Both the position numbers and the translations under genes were made by a program. Positions 41,246 through 56,124 of a stretch of DNA of 64,000 bases are shown piece by piece. Numbering within the stretch: the stretch's first letter is position 1; each line of letters opens with the position of its first letter. Source of the stretch: the human T2T-CHM13v2.0 reference genome, Homo sapiens. The DNA lies in assembly GCF_009914755.1 (NCBI RefSeq), contig NC_060926.1. One strand, given 5' to 3'. The notes beneath the pieces were generated by a model. It did no database searches, was not told where the DNA came from, and worked only from the letters and a program-made list of their open reading frames with translations.

Positions 41246-42629
41246 ACTTAATTTTTTAAAAAATTGTTGTCATTTCACTGGATTTGGGGCACTGGGGAGA
41301 CTGACCCACATCTTCTCCTCCACCACCCAGATTCCTATCATGTGCTGATCTGAACGTTTAATTTTCAGAAAGGAGAAAGTCTCCTCCAAGTTCTTCAGGA
41401 AATTCATCCCAATATTCATCAGATGCTTTTAAGGAACACCAGAAAAAACTCCAGGTCTGCCCTGGGGATAGCTCTGAACCCCCTGTGTGGTTTAACACAC
41501 ACAGAACTTCCCGTTGCACTGCTGACAGGTACCACGTGGGAAAGAGCTCACTGGGGTCAGCAAAGCTGGGGAAGCAAAGCTAAGCACAGCCCCGAGGCCT
41601 CCAGCTGCTCCCTGCACGACGGCTCTCCCCAAGAGGGACTCAGACTCCCAACCCATAATAGAACCCTTTCAATGCATGGCTTCACAGACTAGCTTTCCTC
41701 AGAGCATGCATTGTAAAGACACCAGCCTGGAGCGTCAGTTGGGAGTTTATCATCCAAAGACCATTAGAGGAGCAAAAATCCCCACCTGTCACCCAGCTCC
41801 AAGAGTCAGAGACCCCCAAGTTGCAAGGAACAGCAAAGGAGCCCCACGCCACAGGCCACTCGGCCACCTCCCTTCCGTCTCCAAGGGGGTCTGAAGACCT
41901 CAGGATGGTGCAAGCCCCAGGGAGGCCCCGGAGAGCCTTTGTTTCCCCTTTCGGTGACTGAGCCAGCCCTGCTGTCAGCATCCCTGACGGGTCAGGCCAT
42001 CCTAGGGCCCTCGCTGGCCAGGTGGCCCTGCACACACATGCTCCCAGGTGGCACCCGGGGCCAGAGATCCCCTAATGAATTTCTTGCTGCACATAGGCTG
42101 AGTCCAGGGACTGTACATGCTCTCCTGCATCTTTGCTGGGAGCTCCATCTCTGCTGGGAGCACCATGCTATATCTGCTGTGTGTCTGTGACCCTCATCTG
42201 TGACACCCTGGTTCCAGACTTTATTTTCGGTCTCAACACACATGTAATAAGAGATGTGTGCAAAGGGACTTTCAGGATAAACTGGCTCCACCACCCTATC
42301 CCTTCGCCAGCGCCTGGCCCAGTGTCCAGCACACAGGAGGCAAGCATTTCTCAGATGTGGGATGCATGGCGCATCCCAGCGTCTTCTTTGTCAGAGAATG
42401 AGGGAGAAAAGAAACCACCAGAGTCTCCTGAAGGTGTTGCTGGAAAGAGCCCAGCTCACTGGCCGTGCACCTGCAGGCCGCTGGCCTCAGCACAGCCCCA
42501 TCCCTAGAGTTCTCCCACGCCGCTGACAACAGGCGCTCCATCCATGGCCCGTGAAGTGCCCACGGGCTGCAGGTCTTCCCTTGAGATTCAGAAAGTACCT
42601 GCCGCTCAGCCCCTGTACACACCTGTCAT

Positions 42630-42835
42630 GCCTCTCGGGCTCAAGTGATCCTCCCACCTCAGCACCTCAGTATCTGGGACCACAGGTGCCTACCACCCTG
42701 CTCGGCTAATTTTTGTATTTTTAGTAGAGATGGCGTTTCACCATGTTAGCCAGGCTGGTCTCAAACTCCTCAAGTGATCCTCCTGCCTCGGCCTCCTGAA
42801 GTGCTGGGATTACAGGCGTAAGCCACCGCGCCCGT
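42630..42835 (-). mobile_element. Partial Alu
   Basis: gggctcaagtgatcctcccacctcagc...gggattacaggcgtaagccaccgcgccc; no tail end. Confidence 0.9.
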
Positions 42836-44598
42836 CCTTTTTGTAATTAGGTTTTCACTGCATAAATCATAAAACGATTACAGGTCTCCAGAAACTGCTG
42901 CCTGATACACTTTCCAAAGTAAACAGCTTTTGGAAAAATGGCTGTTTTTAGATCACATCTAAATGTCGCATTCTTGGTCTGTGTGACTAGAACCAGACTC
43001 CAGCCATCCACCCGCCCACCTGGGGTATCACACACCAGGCTCTGGGAACGCGCAAGAAGCCGGCATGCTGGGAAGTTACTCATAGCTCCTGGGGTCACCC
43101 TCCCGCCCCATGCCCATCCGGATGAGATGTTTTCGTGAGTTGCGTAACTCACAGCCACCCGGTAACACGATCGACCAACAGAGGCCTCACTCTCGGGAAA
43201 CCGAGGAGCCCGGCCGAGGCAGGGGAGCCCATCTTAGTTGTCAGAGCTGCGTCATGAGAACAAAATGTCTGAAGCTGCCAACTTCACCACAGAACTAGGG
43301 AAAACACCTCCATCAATAGAACCAGACGATCTCCTTGTGGACACGCAGGAAAACGTCTGCAGTGGTTACCTCACACGCCCCTCCTTGGGGGACAGGCAGG
43401 GAAAGAAAGGTCATGGAGCCCACAGTGGCTCATTTACATCCCTCAGTTCGTAACCACCAGCCTCTACAGGCTCTCTGAAGAGCTCGCAGAAGCACACGTG
43501 CACACACAGGCACGCAGGTCCACACGCATGCACACAAGTCCAACCACATGCATGACGATGTAAGCGCAGAAATGAGACCCCCTCCATCTCGGATTGGGTT
43601 TAATCTCCTGCAAATCAGCAAATCAGCAGCCACTCTGTGCAGTCAGGTGCCCACTGCAGCCCGGTTTGCCTTTCTAAATTTCATCTTAATTTAAGGAGGT
43701 AAAGAATGAAGTCCACACTCCACAGGATAACTACTTCTAAGGAGCTGGAAAGCTGTCTGGCTTATTGACACAAATTTAAGAAGGAATATTTCCTCCAAAG
43801 TCTTGGGTGAACCACAGCAGCTTGGGCAGTGTGGACGTCTGGCGTCCTGAGCTTGTGCTGGGCTGGAAGGAGAGCGGGGGAGTTTGTAAGGCAGGTTGCA
43901 GTGGTGTGGGCGGGAGACAGGGGTGGCGTTCACAGTGAGAGACGGCCAGGGGAGGCCCCTAGGAAGAATCCGCCCATCACAGTGGACGGAAGCCACGATT
44001 GGACGTGAGGCTTAATGTGAGCTCTGTGTACAAACAAAGCAACCAGCTCATTCTGTAGACCAGTATTAAACATGCTTATATTTTAAAATACAATTTTGAT
44101 GCAAGAATTGAATTTAGTAGCTATATTTTCTAATCAAACATTAGAATATGTGGTCTGTACATATACGGCCAGAGGACAGAATGTCAGAAATGGGGACTGC
44201 AGGAAATAAACTGAGCTACGCAGTCACTGTGAGCCTAGCTCCTCCCTGCTTCCACCTAGTTCCAGTCCGATGAGGAGTGAGTCTCTCTTCGTCCTTCCCT
44301 TCTGTAAGAGGTCAATTTAGGCTTTTTTAAAATGGAGAGTTCAGGGTCATGAGCTGATAGCGGAGGCCTCTTTATCGTCATTTTTAATCAGCTCACACAC
44401 AGAGACCATCACTGGGGCCCTGGCTAAGGAGGGGCATCTGCTGACAGTCGCTGCTCAGAGGCCAGCGGAGCGTCTCACCGGGCTCTCCATTCTTCCTTCT
44501 ACACTTGAATGATAAGGATCGCAAATTTAAAGTAAAATCTTGAGCCCCCCAACTGACTGAATGGAACCCGTTGGCCAACCTTAAAAAACGAGTTCCCA

Positions 44599-44944
<346 letters not shown>

Positions 44945-45501
44945 CTATACCCCCTCCCTTTTGGGATTTAGACACAACTGGCCAGCATTCATGTTAAAAT
45001 AGAGATGGTGAGACCAGAGAACAGACTGTGGCAATAAGACACAAATCACACACAGGACCTAAGGCCTGGCCAGGCTACAGCGAAGTCTCGCACCCTGAAC
45101 CTAAATAAGAAACTCTGTCCTCACCACCACCAAGGTTTTCTTCTCCAGCAGCTAAACCAGCGTTGGCCTTGAGATGAGCAAGATGAAAACAAGTCGTAGT
45201 TTATCCACCACCCGATGCTGGCTAACTGGCCCTGTTCCACCAGCCGTAACTACAGCTTTGATGGAACAAGAGACCGATTTCAGTAACTTCCTCTGGACAA
45301 GAATAAGCCCATGGATGGGCTCTGGCCGGCTGATAGAGGCTGAGCACTGGGAGCCTTCATGTCCCTGTTTCACCTTTAGAAGTGCAGAGCCTGCCTGGGA
45401 TGCACGTAGATGTTAAGTCTCCTCTCCAAGGTGAACATGGGTTGTATGTAAGTGGATGTTTGTTCAATACACATGCGTCAGGACCACTTCATGAATATTC
45501 A

Positions 45502-45996
<495 letters not shown>

Positions 45997-46634
45997 CTAA
46001 ATGTATAGATTGTGTCATCTTTTAGTTAACAAGATGAAGAGATGGATGGCAAGAAGAGAAATAAAAATCAGAAAGGAGATGATCCTATTCACTTTTCGGA
46101 AGTGAGGACAAAACCAAATAGGGAAATGAGCCGCCGCAGGAATGAAGAAGCCTGTAACAGCTATTCCAAACCGGGAGAGCGTCCTGGGGCCAGGACTTCA
46201 TTGGGATAAGATGTTGAATCTGGAACAAGATAGAACAAGGCTGGACATTTCCTGGATTATCCACGCCTACTCCTTAGAAACAAGCGTGAAGTCCCCACAA
46301 TGCGAGCAGGCCTCTCACCAGGTTGCCTGTGCTGTCTGCAGTGCGGTATCTACCTCGAGTAGGAAGACGGCAGGAAAAATCAAAGTGTCTTGAAAATGCC
46401 AACACATTAACCAGCTTGAAGCCATACTCAAGTGCGATAATTCATATTCTGATTTATTAATATCCCAGTCATAAACCCCATGGCAATAAATACATCTGTG
46501 CCTGTAAAAAGAGGGCACACTTGAAAAATAACACATGTCCAGGAATATCTTACTCAGCAAGCAGGCAGAGCCTGCTCTAAATTGACGAACTTGGACACAG
46601 TGAAAACCAACAGCTGTCCCGCTTGGGAAACTAA

Positions 46635-46968
<334 letters not shown>

Positions 46969-47224
46969 TAACATTCGGCTTGAAGAGAGACCCCCCCACT
47001 ACTTTACAGTGATGCCTTCGGGAAGAACAGCCTTTTACCTCCCTAGGTTTTCTCCCCGCCTAGAGTTCTGTTTCTTACTACATTACATTTCCGCTCGCTT
47101 AGTGTTTTTCAACCCTCGAGCTCTCCTCAAACCGTTCCATTGTTTAAGATACTAACAAGGGGCTGCCCTGACCCAGGAGACAGTGTAAGTGTAGGGATCA
47201 GGGAACAGAAGCAGGAACGCAAGA

Positions 47225-47468
47225 CGCCGGATACAAACGTGAACATGCTGCAGGATTCCACGTGCATCAAATTCTAGAAAAGCCAAAACCCACCCACATA
47301 GGTTGCTTAGGATGGGGTGGGGGGACTAAGAAGGGGCATGAGAACCTTCTTTGGGTGATGAAAATGTCCTATGTTGTTCTGCCTGAGGTCATGCTGCATT
47401 TGTCAAAATTCAAAAACACTGAAAATGAGTACATTTTATTGTATATAAATGACACCTCAATAAAAACG
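47225..47468 (+). mobile_element. Old L1 3' end (L1MC/ME-like)
   Basis: gggtgatgaaaatgtcctatg...catttgtcaaaa...ttttattgtatataaatgacacctcaataaaa. Confidence 0.7.
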
Positions 47469-47557
47469 AAAGATGTGAGCAACATCCTGGGAAAAGAAAA
47501 TGTGATTTCACCTTAAGTGCTTTAGCAGAATTCTATTATATGCCTCAGCTCTTACTC

Positions 47558-47717
47558 TTTCTTCTTTTTTGAGACAGAGTCTCGCTCTGTCACCCAGGCT
47601 GGAGTGCAGTGGCCACAATCACAGCTCACTGCAGCCTCGACCTCCCAGGCTCTAAGAATCCTCCCACCTTAGCCTCCTGAGTAGCTGAGATTACAGGCAT
47701 GAGCCACTGTGCCCAGG
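47558..47717 (-). mobile_element. Alu monomer (FRAM-like)
   Basis: Single right-arm-length unit ending in gagccactgtgcccagg. Confidence 0.85.
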
Positions 47718-47974
47718 AACTTACTCTTGCCTGTAAAAATACAGCTCTGAAGTGAAGAAATCCCAGGCGCCACATCAAGGAGGCGAAACTAGAGTCCGCA
47801 GGAGGCCAGCCCCGCACGAGGAGTTTCAAACACTAAGGATCCTGACAGGGAAAAGTTATATGAAGCAAGAAAGGCAATTTAAAGCGATAGTTTATCATAT
47901 GAATGTTTCGTTCTTAAAAATGAACAAGCTCTATTTATAATGCCCATTTAGAAATGAATCCATTAAAAAAAATC

Positions 47975-49016
47975 AGTAGATCAGCACTTATTTTAATTAC
48001 TGAGATAGAGTCACACTTGACAGAAGCAAGCCCTGCGGTATATGGCATCATCACACCACCGGTGGGTATTTTAATCCTAAAACTGAGACAGAGTTTACTT
48101 AAACATTTAAGGCTTGAGTTTCCTCTGTACAGTGTGGAGGTGATTAAGAAAATTAATCCTAACATGAAGATTTTTCATCCAGTTAAAAAAAGAAATACTT
48201 TAAAAACGACCTGCCCTTCCAAAACATGAAGTTAACTTGGAGTTTTTCTGTGATATGACAAACTAGGCATAATCCTATCTCGGAATTGTTGAGTAGAAAA
48301 TTTATGTACTAATACTCCTGTTAAAATTCAACAGCTTTATTGTGAAAGAATCCAGAGATCTCACACTGAAAAAATACTAACACAGCTCATATATAAATTA
48401 CTTATCTATAAGAACAATTATAGAAGGAATCTAAATGGGGCAATTTTAACAAACCAGGCAAAATATCACATATACCTGAATATAAGGTAACTCCAAGCCA
48501 TGAGTATAAGATTAAGGCAGTTACTTTATTTTGAACAAGGAAGTGGCATAAGCAACTCAGTGTGTGCCCCTTAGGGTGGGAGCTCTTCCCCCTACCACTC
48601 CCCACCCCAAGGCATCATTTTGGAGAAAAAAGTGTCTTCTATCTGGCTAGCTGTGTTATCTAGGATTGCACCTTCTTACACGGCAGGCGCGGCATCACGT
48701 CCAGATGGGCATCTAAGGAACTGCATTTCGGGAGATGAAACTTTCATTTGGGACTCAACTGAATGCATGAACTAACACAGGGCCATGGACCCACCAGTCT
48801 TGATTGAGTTACAGAAAATGAAGGTGACTCTTTACACTTCCAAGTTGCTTTCTAGATCCTTTCATTACAAAATATTCTGATCAAATAATCTTACAAAGGA
48901 AAGATAATCTAGCCTCAAGGCTATCCTCTAAAAGCAAAGAGAAAGTGATTGATTTTCTGCTCAGTCATTACATTGGGGACCTTTACGAGGCACGTGTTAG
49001 TTCCCAGGCAGCACTG
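47975..49016 (-). other. ADI1: ADI1 3'UTR (approximate end)
   Basis: AT-rich stretch with no recognised repeats after the stop; - strand AATAAA at 48525-48530 and 48336-48341, ATTAAA at 47992-47997 followed by a U-rich tract. Confidence 0.75.
47992..47997 (-). terminator. ADI1: ADI1 distal poly(A) signal ATTAAA
   Basis: tttaat on +; U-run downstream on the - strand (aaaaaaaa near 47965-47972 on +). Confidence 0.65.
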
Positions 49017-49136
49017 CTAGGCGGTCTGTGCCAGAAATTTCACGTACTGCCCGCGGGCTTCAAAATGGTCAGCGGGCCGGTTGTACGCTGTCCACACCGG
49101 TTCTCCCACAAACAGCCGCATGGCCTTCGTGTAGTT
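49017..49136 (-). CDS. ADI1: ADI1 last exon CDS ([39 protein letters not shown])
   Basis: Acceptor tgttttccag|AAC; 120 nt to TAG; conserved ARD motif AMRLFxGEPVWT. Confidence 0.98.
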   Translation of the reverse strand, partial: NYTKAMRLFVGEPVWTAYNRPADHFEARGQYVKFLAQTA

Positions 49137-49579
49137 CTGGAAAACAGACAAACACACCCAGCATCTCATTAAACCAGCCGGCCTTCTACTTAGTATTTAT
49201 TAACATATCAACTTGTTAACATTAATTGCTATAAACACTTTACTTGCTATTTTTATTCTGCGTCTTTAACAATTTAGGCCACATTTTATTCGTGGAAGGA
49301 AAATTTGTATCAGGTGGTGCAGCTGGCCCTGCCTGTCCTCACGTGCCAGGTAAGAGCATCTGGAGCTGAGGCTTGGTGTTGAACTCCGCACCTCCGTGCT
49401 CTCTATAGAGACACACAGTCAGGAAAAGCACTGGCTCCAACCCCATGTACCCTCCACCTCCTCTCCGCCTCATTTGGCTACAGTTTTCCTAAGAATTAGC
49501 ATCAGGGCCCACGTGTTGCTGGTGGGCAGGAGAGGACAATTCAGCCACATCCGTCCAGACTAAAAACGCACGTGCCTTT

Positions 49580-50330
49580 TAATTCAGTTTTTACTTTTAG
49601 GAATTTACCCTACAGAAAAACACACAGAAGTGCAAAATGACAAGCATGTAAGGGTATTTATTACAGCCCTGTTCACAAGAGCAAAAAATTGAGAACAATG
49701 TATATACTCATTGTTGGGGGTCAATGACTCACTGAAATAAATTAATGGTTAAATACAGTACAGCATGTCCAGCGCCAGAGTACTGTGCAGCTGTAATCAG
49801 GGCTGAGGCTTGTAGACACTGAAATGAAACAGTCCCCAGTGAACATCATGTAGAAAAAAGTAAAATGTAGAACCATGGGAGGCCAAGGTGGGTGGATCAC
49901 CTGAGGTCAGGAGTTTGAGACCAGCCTGGCCAACATGGTGAAACCCCGTCTCTACTAAAAACACAAAAATTAGCCGGGCGTGGTGGTGTGCCCCAGTAAT
50001 CCCAGCTACTCAGGAGGCTGAGGCAGGAGAATCGCTTGAGCTTGGGAGGTGGAGGTTGCATTGAGCCGAGATCAAGCCACTACATGCCAGCCTGGGCGAC
50101 AAAGTGAGACTCCATCTCAAAGAAAAAAAAAAAAAAAAGAATCCTGACTGACATGCACTTGGATATGTGTAAAGTCACTCTAAAAATAATTTTTTTAGTG
50201 GAATACTGGTTACTTTCAGGGAGAGAAACTGGGAGGCTGGGAACAGGGGTCAGAGGGAGACCTTTCACCAGGTCCCCTTTCATATTTCTAAATTTTAAAC
50301 CATGTGCATTTAGTATTTATTCAAAAATTA
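49580..50330 (+). mobile_element. Old L1 3' fragments (L1ME-like), split by an Alu
   Basis: ttttaggaatttaccctacagaaa...ttacagccctgttcacaagagcaaaaaatt...tactggttactttcaggg. Confidence 0.6.
49876..50138 (+). mobile_element. AluS, 5'-truncated
   Basis: tgggaggccaaggtgggtggatcacctgaggtcagg...actccatctc followed by an A tail. Confidence 0.95.
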
Positions 50331-50573
50331 CCCTTAAATCAGCATTACCCCAATCGCCTCCAGTGAACCCCAAAACTACCTTATCTGTGTTTATTGCCAA
50401 TCCTGACTGGACTGCGTTACTGTTCAATTCCAAAACTGAAATGTTTTTAAAAGTGACAGTATGGCAACATAACAACCCTACAGGCGCCTCACCACCAAAC
50501 ACGGGCTGGGGTGACAACCCTAGAGATGCCTCACCGCCAAGCAAGGGCTGGGGCAGGGCCAGGCTCGTGGGTG

Positions 50574-50620
50574 TGTACCTGCCGCCGCATGTACCTGCCG
50601 CCGCCTGTACCTGCCCCGCC
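50574..50620 (+). repeat. Tandem repeat, 16-bp unit x~3
   Basis: tgtacctgccgccgc(a/c) repeated. Confidence 0.85.
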
Positions 50621-50867
50621 TGGGTATGAAATGCACACCTGTCCACCAGGATCGCAGGCAGGGGCCACGGAGGCTGCCACGGAAGGACAGCTGTCACCTC
50701 GGACATCGCCTGCGGCTCCACAGACTCTCCTTGAAGCACAGGTCGAGGAGTCCCGAGCCCAGCGACCGCGCTTGGAGTCTGCGGAAGCCGCGCAGTTCAG
50801 CGGCAGAGATGCCACGGCCAGGGCCACCACACAGGCCGGGCCTGGGGAGAAAGCACAGCACTCCCAC

Positions 50868-51047
50868 CTTCTCGTCCACCGTGAAGCGGTGATAGATCCC
50901 CGCGGGGAGCGTCACCATGTCTCCCTTCTCCATGAAGATCCGGATCCACTGGTCCTCCTTGTCCCTCACATCGAAGTACCCACTGCCATCCAGGATGTAG
51001 CGGATCTCATCGTCCAAGTGCAAATGCTCCTCGTAGAACATCTTAAT
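50868..51047 (-). CDS. ADI1: ADI1 exon 3, cupin metal-binding core ([17 protein letters not shown]...[13 protein letters not shown])
   Basis: Acceptor ctgcactag|ATT and donor AAG|gtggga; 180 nt, phase 0/0; ARD motifs EHxHxxxE and PAGxxHRF. Confidence 0.98.
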
Positions 51048-51354
51048 CTAGTGCAGAAGGAACATTCCTGTGAGTCTACCAGAGACCTGTCACGCAAGCT
51101 CACACCCACCCACTCAGCAGCCTGAGCCTTTGGTGGGCCAGAGCTGAGGTGAATGGGACTTCTCTCCATAAAAATGAAACTACACTTGCTAAGAATTATT
51201 TTCCTAACAGTACAAGGGCCAGAGCTAGAATATTTTATGAAACCTGTCAACAAATGGGCAGTAACTGAAAGTGAACAGACCTGAAGCAAAGGTTCTGAAC
51301 ACTTCACACAGGCCAACTCACCCAACCCGCACGGCCCCACGAGGTGGCTGCTCT

Positions 51355-51425
51355 ATCAGCCCCGTTTTACAGATGTGGAAATGGTGGCACAGAGAGGCTA
51401 AGTCACTGGCCCAACCTCACACAAC
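51355..51425 (-). mobile_element. MIR fragment
   Basis: cccgttttacagatgtggaaatggtggcacagagaggctaagtcactggcccaa. Confidence 0.75.
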
Positions 51426-51585
51426 GAGACTGCCCCAAAGACACCCTGGCCCCATGCTCACACCCACCCAGTGTGCTGCACACAGCAGTCATGAAATCAC
51501 AACACACAGGGTGAGTGAGAAGCCAGTGGACATTGCAGGGAGGCAGGCACAGACTCCACAAGCATTTTCTATGTCTTCACATTGA

Positions 51586-51915
<330 letters not shown>

Positions 51916-51974
51916 TAATATTTTATAATAAAAATATTCAAGTATGCAAAAACATTGAGAGTATTTTACAGTAA

Positions 51975-52409
<435 letters not shown>

Positions 52410-52504
52410 TAAATAAAATGAAAACAAGATTAGGAGGAAAACCTTAAATTTGAAATCAGTCTATTCATAGCCACACAGAAAGAAAAGACAAACGGAAATA
52501 GCTC

Positions 52505-52802
<298 letters not shown>

Positions 52803-52829
52803 GACAAACGGAAATAACTCTTGAACATA

Positions 52830-54330
52830 TTATTTTGACTACATCCTCAGGCTAAGACAGAAAAACCGCAACCCAAGCTTAGGTTGCACTCAGTAGGCCT
52901 GCTGCTTGTCATGGTCTGGGTGCTGCCATGCTGATGCTGTTGTGTGTGTTGTGGGGATTGAGAGGATGGGAAAAAACATTGATATGACTGGGAGCCAGGC
53001 CTCTCACAGTGAGAGGAAAGATACAAATACTGATGAGGAAGGCAAAGGAAAGCCCTGTGGATGTAACTGGAATTAGAGGTGTCTGTTTGAACTACTTGTC
53101 ACACACACAGGGACACATGCACACTCACACAGGCGCACTGTCACACAAGCACACACACTCCCATGCTAGCATTCACACACAAACCTACACACGCACACAC
53201 ACGTACACGCTCTCACATGCGTACATTCACACTCACATGCACACATACATGCATGCATTCACACACATGCACACACGTAACACTCTCTCATGTGCATTCA
53301 CACACATGCACACACGTAACACTCACTCATGTGCATTCACACACATGCACACATACACACTGACACGCACATTCACACACATGCACACATACACACGTAC
53401 TCACACGCACATTCACACACATGCACACATACACACGTACTCACACGCACATTCACACACATGCACACGTACACACACGAGTGCATTCACACTCATGCAC
53501 ACATACGGACGTACACTCACACGTGTGCATTCACACTCATGCACACGTACACACACACGCCTACATTCACACACTCACATGCACACATACACACGTACAC
53601 ACTCACACACGTGCATTCACTCGCATGGTACTCATCCCGTCCACAGAAAGCACCTGAGCACAGCGACTCTGCAGGGCACTCCCATCCGAGTTTCTAAGTG
53701 CCAGGGCTAAGTGCCAGGAAGAGCAGCTGACCCCGCACAAGGTCAGGAAAAGCAGGAGGTGGGCCTGGACACGCTGTAGGTCCAGAAAGTAATGGGCTGG
53801 GGATGCGCCAGGGGACAGAAGTCAGCTAACGAGGCTGCTGCTTGCCAAGCCTGAGGTCTGGGACAACGTGAAGATCAACATAAATCCCAGCAAGAATAGA
53901 CCCTAGACCAACAAGTGAGACAAGAAGGCCTCCAGCCCCAGTGGATGCCGAGTGAACAGAGAAGAGGGGGACATGCCTCCTGACAGTGAAAACCAACCCC
54001 CGGGTGAGCGCCACTGCACGGCCATGACAGTCACAGCCCACAAAGGCAGGAATCATCACGACTTACGAAAAACGTTGAGTGAAAGTTTGAGGGGAAATGG
54101 GATATTCATGGTCTAAAAGTAACTTTCCACACATTTCTTACTAGTTACAGAGGAAAAGAAAAGGAACTTCCCCATGGAGAGACTTGACGGACGCCGATTT
54201 CACCCAGGGCACGTTGACATCAGCAGTGAGGGGCCCTCGGACACGCTTACTCACAACACCACTGCGTAGGATTCCGCTACAAACACACGACCTAACACTG
54301 AGGAAACCAGTGGCAATCACAAGATCGTCA
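52830..54330 (+). mobile_element. Old L1 3'UTR remnants (L1MC/MD-like) hosting the CA-rich repeat
   Basis: gggagccaggcctctcacagtgagaggaaagatacaaata...ggaattagaggt; ...aggtccagaaagtaa...; boundaries uncertain. Confidence 0.5.
53100..53625. repeat. Complex CA-rich repeat (~525 bp) with an internal 40-bp higher-order unit
   Basis: cacgcacattcacacacatgcacacatacacacgtactca repeated at about 53364-53468. Confidence 0.95.
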
Positions 54331-54706
54331 GAAAATAAGGTTATTTTAGAAAAACAAAGAATAAGCCGGTATCAGCAAGAGGGTTTTATACCAGGAGAGA
54401 AGTAATTCCAGAAAACAGCAATGATGAAGCTAATGTAACTTACAACATCAGCAGCAGGCCAGCCTCTGTTATGTGAGATAAAACGTGGCTGAGAAGAGGC
54501 TGGCTCATCTCAACTTCCACGTCAGAGTCACACCATTTACATCCACCAGAATCTAATGAACTGTAGGGCACTCAGTGAGAAATAAAGACAATATGTGGAC
54601 TCTAACCAGGAAGAATCATTTGACATAGAGAAAAGGAACTCACACGACAGATCTATTTTTGAACAATTTCCACATCCTTAAGCTCTTCTGCTCTTAGTTC
54701 TATCTG

Positions 54707-55214
54707 GTATTGTCGGTTCACCTGCGTATGTTTGTATTGTTGGTTCACCTGTGTATGTCTGTATTGTCTGTTCGCCTGCGTATGTTTGTATTGTCTGTTC
54801 ACCTGTGTATGTTTGTACTGTTTGTTCACCTGTGTATGTTTGTATTGTTGGTTCACCTGAGTATGTTTCTATTGTTGGCTCACCTGTGTATGTCTGCATT
54901 GTTGGTTCACCTGCGTATGTTTGTATTGTCGGTTCACCTGCGTATGTTTGCGTTGTTGGTTCACCTGAGTATGTTTGCATTGTCAGTTCACCTGTGTATG
55001 TTTGTATTTTCTGTTCACCTGTGTATGTTTGTATTGTCTGTTCACCTGTGTATGTTTGTATTGTTGGTTCACCTGAGTATGTTTGCATTGTTGGTTCACC
55101 TATGTTTGTATTGTTGGTTCACCTGTGTATGTCTGCATTGTTGGTTCACCTGTGTATGTTTGTATTGTCAGTTTACCTGCGTATGTTTATATTGTTTGTT
55201 CACCTGCATATGTT
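54707..55214 (+). repeat. Minisatellite, 27-bp unit x~19
   Basis: gttcacctgtgtatgtttgtattgttg; 9-aa periodicity in the ORF track. Confidence 0.97.
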
Positions 55215-55755
55215 TTCTAAAGAGCTTAGAAGCCACCACTCCATCCTATCAAGTAAAAGCAGAACAAACTGAAAAACCAACTCTTTTTAAATCTGTAAGA
55301 GAAGCGAAGTCACAGAGCAAACCACAGCCCCTCACACTGGAGAGACAGGCAGACAGAAAGATCCACACCTAACCAGAGCAGAAACCCCTATGGGAAGCAG
55401 GGCTGGGGTCGAGAAACCCAAACTGTACTTGACCAGTTGGGGGCTCAGTGTAGACAAGTCTGAGAGCTAAAAAAAACTCCAGACCCAGTCATCAGGGGCC
55501 TCACACTTTTGTAAATTTTACCTGCAAAAGCTCTACTGGGTCCCAACAGTGAGTATCAGGGAAAATTCCCTGTGCTTCTGGCAGAGGGAGGGAAAGGGGG
55601 CCATTCTGAAGTCTATCAGGATACATCTGAAATCTCTTCTTATGAAGGCCTCAACTCAGGAGAGCTCAGCCAGCCAGATCCCAGCCTGCTGGGCTTTCAT
55701 GAGAGCCTGACCTGGGTGAAGGGAAACACGAAACTCCAGCCCCTTCGGAACTCCA

Positions 55756-56124
55756 TGTTATGGACTGAATACTATGATCCCCCTCCCCCGGGTCCATGGG
55801 CTGAAACCCTACCCTCTAATATGGTGGTATTAGCAGGTGGTGTCTTTGGGAGGTAATTAGGATTAGATAACGTGATGAGGGTGGAGCCCTCATGAATGGG
55901 ATTAGTGTCCTTATAAAAGTCCCAAAAGAGCTTGCTTCTTCTACCCACCCACCATGTGAAAACACAGTCGTCTATAAACCAGGAAGCAGCTCTCACAAGA
56001 CACCAAAGCTGCCAGTGTCCTGACCTTGGGCGTCCCTGCCTGCAGACTGTGAGAAATAAATGTTTGTTGTTTAAGCCACCCAGTTTATGGTATTTGCTTA
56101 TGGAAGCCTGAGCTGACTAAGACA
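55756..56124 (+). mobile_element. MaLR solo LTR (MLT1A-like)
   Basis: tgttatggactgaat...gagccctcatgaatgggattagtg...actgtgagaaataaatg...gactaagaca. Confidence 0.9.

Noticed and set aside
50694-50867. ADI1 exon 3 frame stays open 57 codons into intron 3
   Set aside because: Canonical donor at 50867; the extension is low-complexity GC-rich sequence and would lose the conserved exon 4 strand
53009-55372. His/Thr-rich and hydrophobic 9-aa-repeat ORFs
   Set aside because: Translations of the CA-rich repeat and the 27-bp VNTR
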